The position numbers were made by a program, and so were the translations under genes. From contig CAVXYC010000033.1 of assembly GCA_963765765.1 (NCBI GenBank), forward strand, positions 1-21,848: a stretch of 21,848 nt of DNA, read 5' to 3'. Below, piece after piece: positions 20,092-21,848 of this stretch (its first letter is position 1; every line of letters starts with the position of its first letter). This DNA comes from an uncultured Chloroflexia bacterium. GTDB taxonomy: Bacteria; Chloroflexota; UBA6077; JACCZL01. The notes under the pieces are model-generated. The model had not been told where the DNA came from and did no database searches. It saw only the letters and a program-made list of their open reading frames with translations.

Positions 20092-20106
20092 TACCAAACA
20101 GTTGCT

Positions 20107-20164
20107 TCCCCACCGGTATCGAGAGACGGAGGAAATCTTTCGCTGCGGCTCAGGATGACAAGGC
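20107..20164. repeat. Loop and right arm of the split family-B REP
   Basis: tccccaccggtatcgagagacggaggaaatctttcgctgcggctcaggatgacaaggc. Confidence 0.85.
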
Positions 20165-20354
20165 CCCGAAGGTGGCAGCACACGACCGAAGAGTGCCGTG
20201 TTGCTGAGAGAGACCAAGGACCTGACCGGACATCGCAATATACGCTGCGAAAAAAGGCAACACGCTTACGATCGATAGCTACCTGTTACAAGCCCAGCCA
20301 CCGGATGTCCCCCGCGGCTCATAATGAGAGTATGAGGAAGCTAAGAATCATCCC

Positions 20355-20771
20355 ATGATGCGCCTGATAAGCCAGATTCTGGTCAACGCCTTCATCCTCT
20401 GGGCGGTGGCGCAGATCGTCCCGGGCATTCGATTCGATGGGAGTTTCACGGCGCTGCTGATCCTGGGGATCGTCTTCGGCATCGTCAACGCCATCATCAA
20501 GCCGATTCTTCTCTTACTGACGCTGCCGCTCACCATTCTTACGCTCGGACTCTTCGCACTGATCATCAACGCGTTGATGCTGCTGCTCACCAGCGCACTC
20601 GTCCCCTCATATCAAGTGGACGGATTCTTCCCCGCGTTGCTCGGCAGCATCGCCATCAGCATCCTCAGCACGGTGCTGAACTGGATGAAGTTCGGGGGTA
20701 GAGAGTTTCGATCACGCTATCCCCGCAGTCGGGGCGCGCCTTCGAAAGCTTGGTTAGCTCTGGACGATTAG
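20355..20771 (+). CDS. Phage holin family protein (YvlD / 4-TMS holin superfamily IV)
   Basis: LVNAFILWAVAQIVPGI..FGIVNAIIKPILLLLTLPLTILTLGLFALIINALML..VDGFFPALLGSI; atypical tail after VLNW. Confidence 0.88.
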   Translation: MMRLISQILVNAFILWAVAQIVPGIRFDGSFTALLILGIVFGIVNAIIKPILLLLTLPLTILTLGLFALIINALMLLLTSALVPSYQVDGFFPALLGSIAISILSTVLNWMKFGGREFRSRYPRSRGAPSKAWLALDD

Positions 20772-20884
20772 AGTTAAAGTTAGATTGGCTTTACGCAGAA
20801 GTTGCAACGGCATCTATCGTCTCCAGCGAGCTAGCTCAACTCTACAAGTATGGTGAAAGACGGGCGATACCGGAAGCCTACGCC

Positions 20885-21327
20885 CTATTCCTTCCATACC
20901 TCTGCTCCCAGCGGCAGCTCATTCAACTCGACCGGGCCTCTCTCCAGCTCGGATAGTGCGCGTTAAGCAGCGGCTACAAAGCGCCCGTATGCGTCGGCTC
21001 GAGCAGGTGGAGCATTTCGTGCACGACCACATACTCAGTAGGTCTTTCGGCTTCTTCACCAACTCGCTATTCGGCAATGTTTCCCGCACGGGCGCTACAG
21101 CTGCCCCATTTCGTTTTCATACGCTGGAGAAAGTAGCCCGAGACGTTCCCGCCGAGCTTTGCCTCCCATTTCCTGATGATTGTCGGTACTACGTCATGTA
21201 GAAGAGTGCGGTGCCATTTCTGCATTACTTGTTCTCGTGTCGTCGCACTGCTGCCCGGTCTCACGGTGAGAGTGATCTGGCGATGACTGAGTTCACCGAA
21301 GGCTTTTTGTCCTTCTCCACGACAGAA
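20885..21327 (-). pseudogene. YgjP/DUF45 (M48-like, HExxH) protein, N-terminally truncated and frameshifted
   Basis: SVVEKDKKPSV/HRQITLTVRPGS..MQKWHR..LQRMKTKWGSC..NSELVKKPKDLL/YVVVHEMLHLLEPTH..YPSWREAR/LNELPLGAEVWKE*. Confidence 0.8.
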
Positions 21328-21848
21328 CTCCGCTCGTTCGCGACCATGCGCCAGACGATCCGATGCTGGTCACGTGGGGTGTTCCTGACTACAGCACGAC
21401 TATCCACTCCTTGCTCATCAACGGGCTGACGGCCCTTGGCCAAGCGGCCGGCTTCTGGTCCGTCTCAGAGTATCCAATCCTGCCATCGGGCCGAGTGCGG
21501 GTCGATCGGGATGTCCGTTGTGACGTCGCGTGGTTCACTCGTCCTTCCTGCCAAGTGGTACTACTCGCCGAGGTCGAGCGGTGGTCGGCCAGGCGCGTGG
21601 CTCCCGAGGTGCTCCGACGGAAAGTCGAGAATCTGGCACTCGCCCATCACCAACTCGAGCCCGGGCCGCGGGACGTACTGCTTGCCACGTGGACGACACC
21701 GCAGACCCAGTCCTCGGGCTGGAAACACTGTGGCGCACCCCGGTCAGGCTTCCTGGACAGTCAGGGTACACGCGTTCCAGCGGTCCCAGCGGAGGTCCGA
21801 ATAGAACTCGCACGGCTTGTCCTGCACCCAGGCGCGGGCCGGGCTGAT

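Larger units (their letters stand above)
18820..20106 (+). mobile_element. IS110-family element (IS621-like, long left non-coding end) inserted at a CT core in a REP
   Basis: CT at 18820-18821 and 20105-20106. Excision restores gcgaaggatCTtccccacc, identical to the minus strand of 14336-14354. No IRs or TSD beyond the core. Confidence 0.9.

Noticed and set aside
16750-20771. Prophage (terminase plus holin)
   Set aside because: No portal, capsid, tail, endolysin or integrase; YvlD-type holin-family genes are common chromosomal genes.
1135-21327. Frameshifts as programmed recoding or true pseudogenisation
   Set aside because: They are numerous, scattered across unrelated genes and lack slippery motifs; indels also occur in the IS IRs. 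Long-read error is the simpler explanation, although it cannot be settled without reads.
21744-21848. Minus-strand open frame ISPARAWVQDKPCEFYSDLRWDRWNACTLTVQEA* entering from the window edge
   Set aside because: Possibly a real C-terminus, but only 34 aa are visible and I cannot assign a family.

Overview
GC-rich bacterial DNA, Chloroflexota-like by inference from gene content, with many 1-nt indels that look like long-read errors. Left part (1-9.4 kb): a surface-glycan locus with three GT-C-like polytopic membrane proteins, a HAD-like fragment and a Wzm/Wzt ABC exporter. It contains a complete ISLre2/ISKra4-type IS (IRs, 9-bp TSD) lying 16 bp upstream of a sigma70-like -35 box. An EamA transporter follows. 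Middle part (10.5-18.8 kb): three tandem copies of a REP-flanked terminase-large-subunit locus. Only the third is near-intact, and it has no portal or capsid genes nearby. In the first two copies the terminase appears to survive only as collinear decayed fragments forming the spacers between small genes (membrane protein, DUF6325-like, SHOCT, two DUF1269-like). Right part: an IS110 element inserted at a CT core in a REP hairpin. Its left end holds a readable bridge RNA whose guides match the actual target and donor, and a junction promoter forms on circularisation. A YvlD-type holin-family gene and a truncated YgjP-like gene close the window. All alignments were done by eye.
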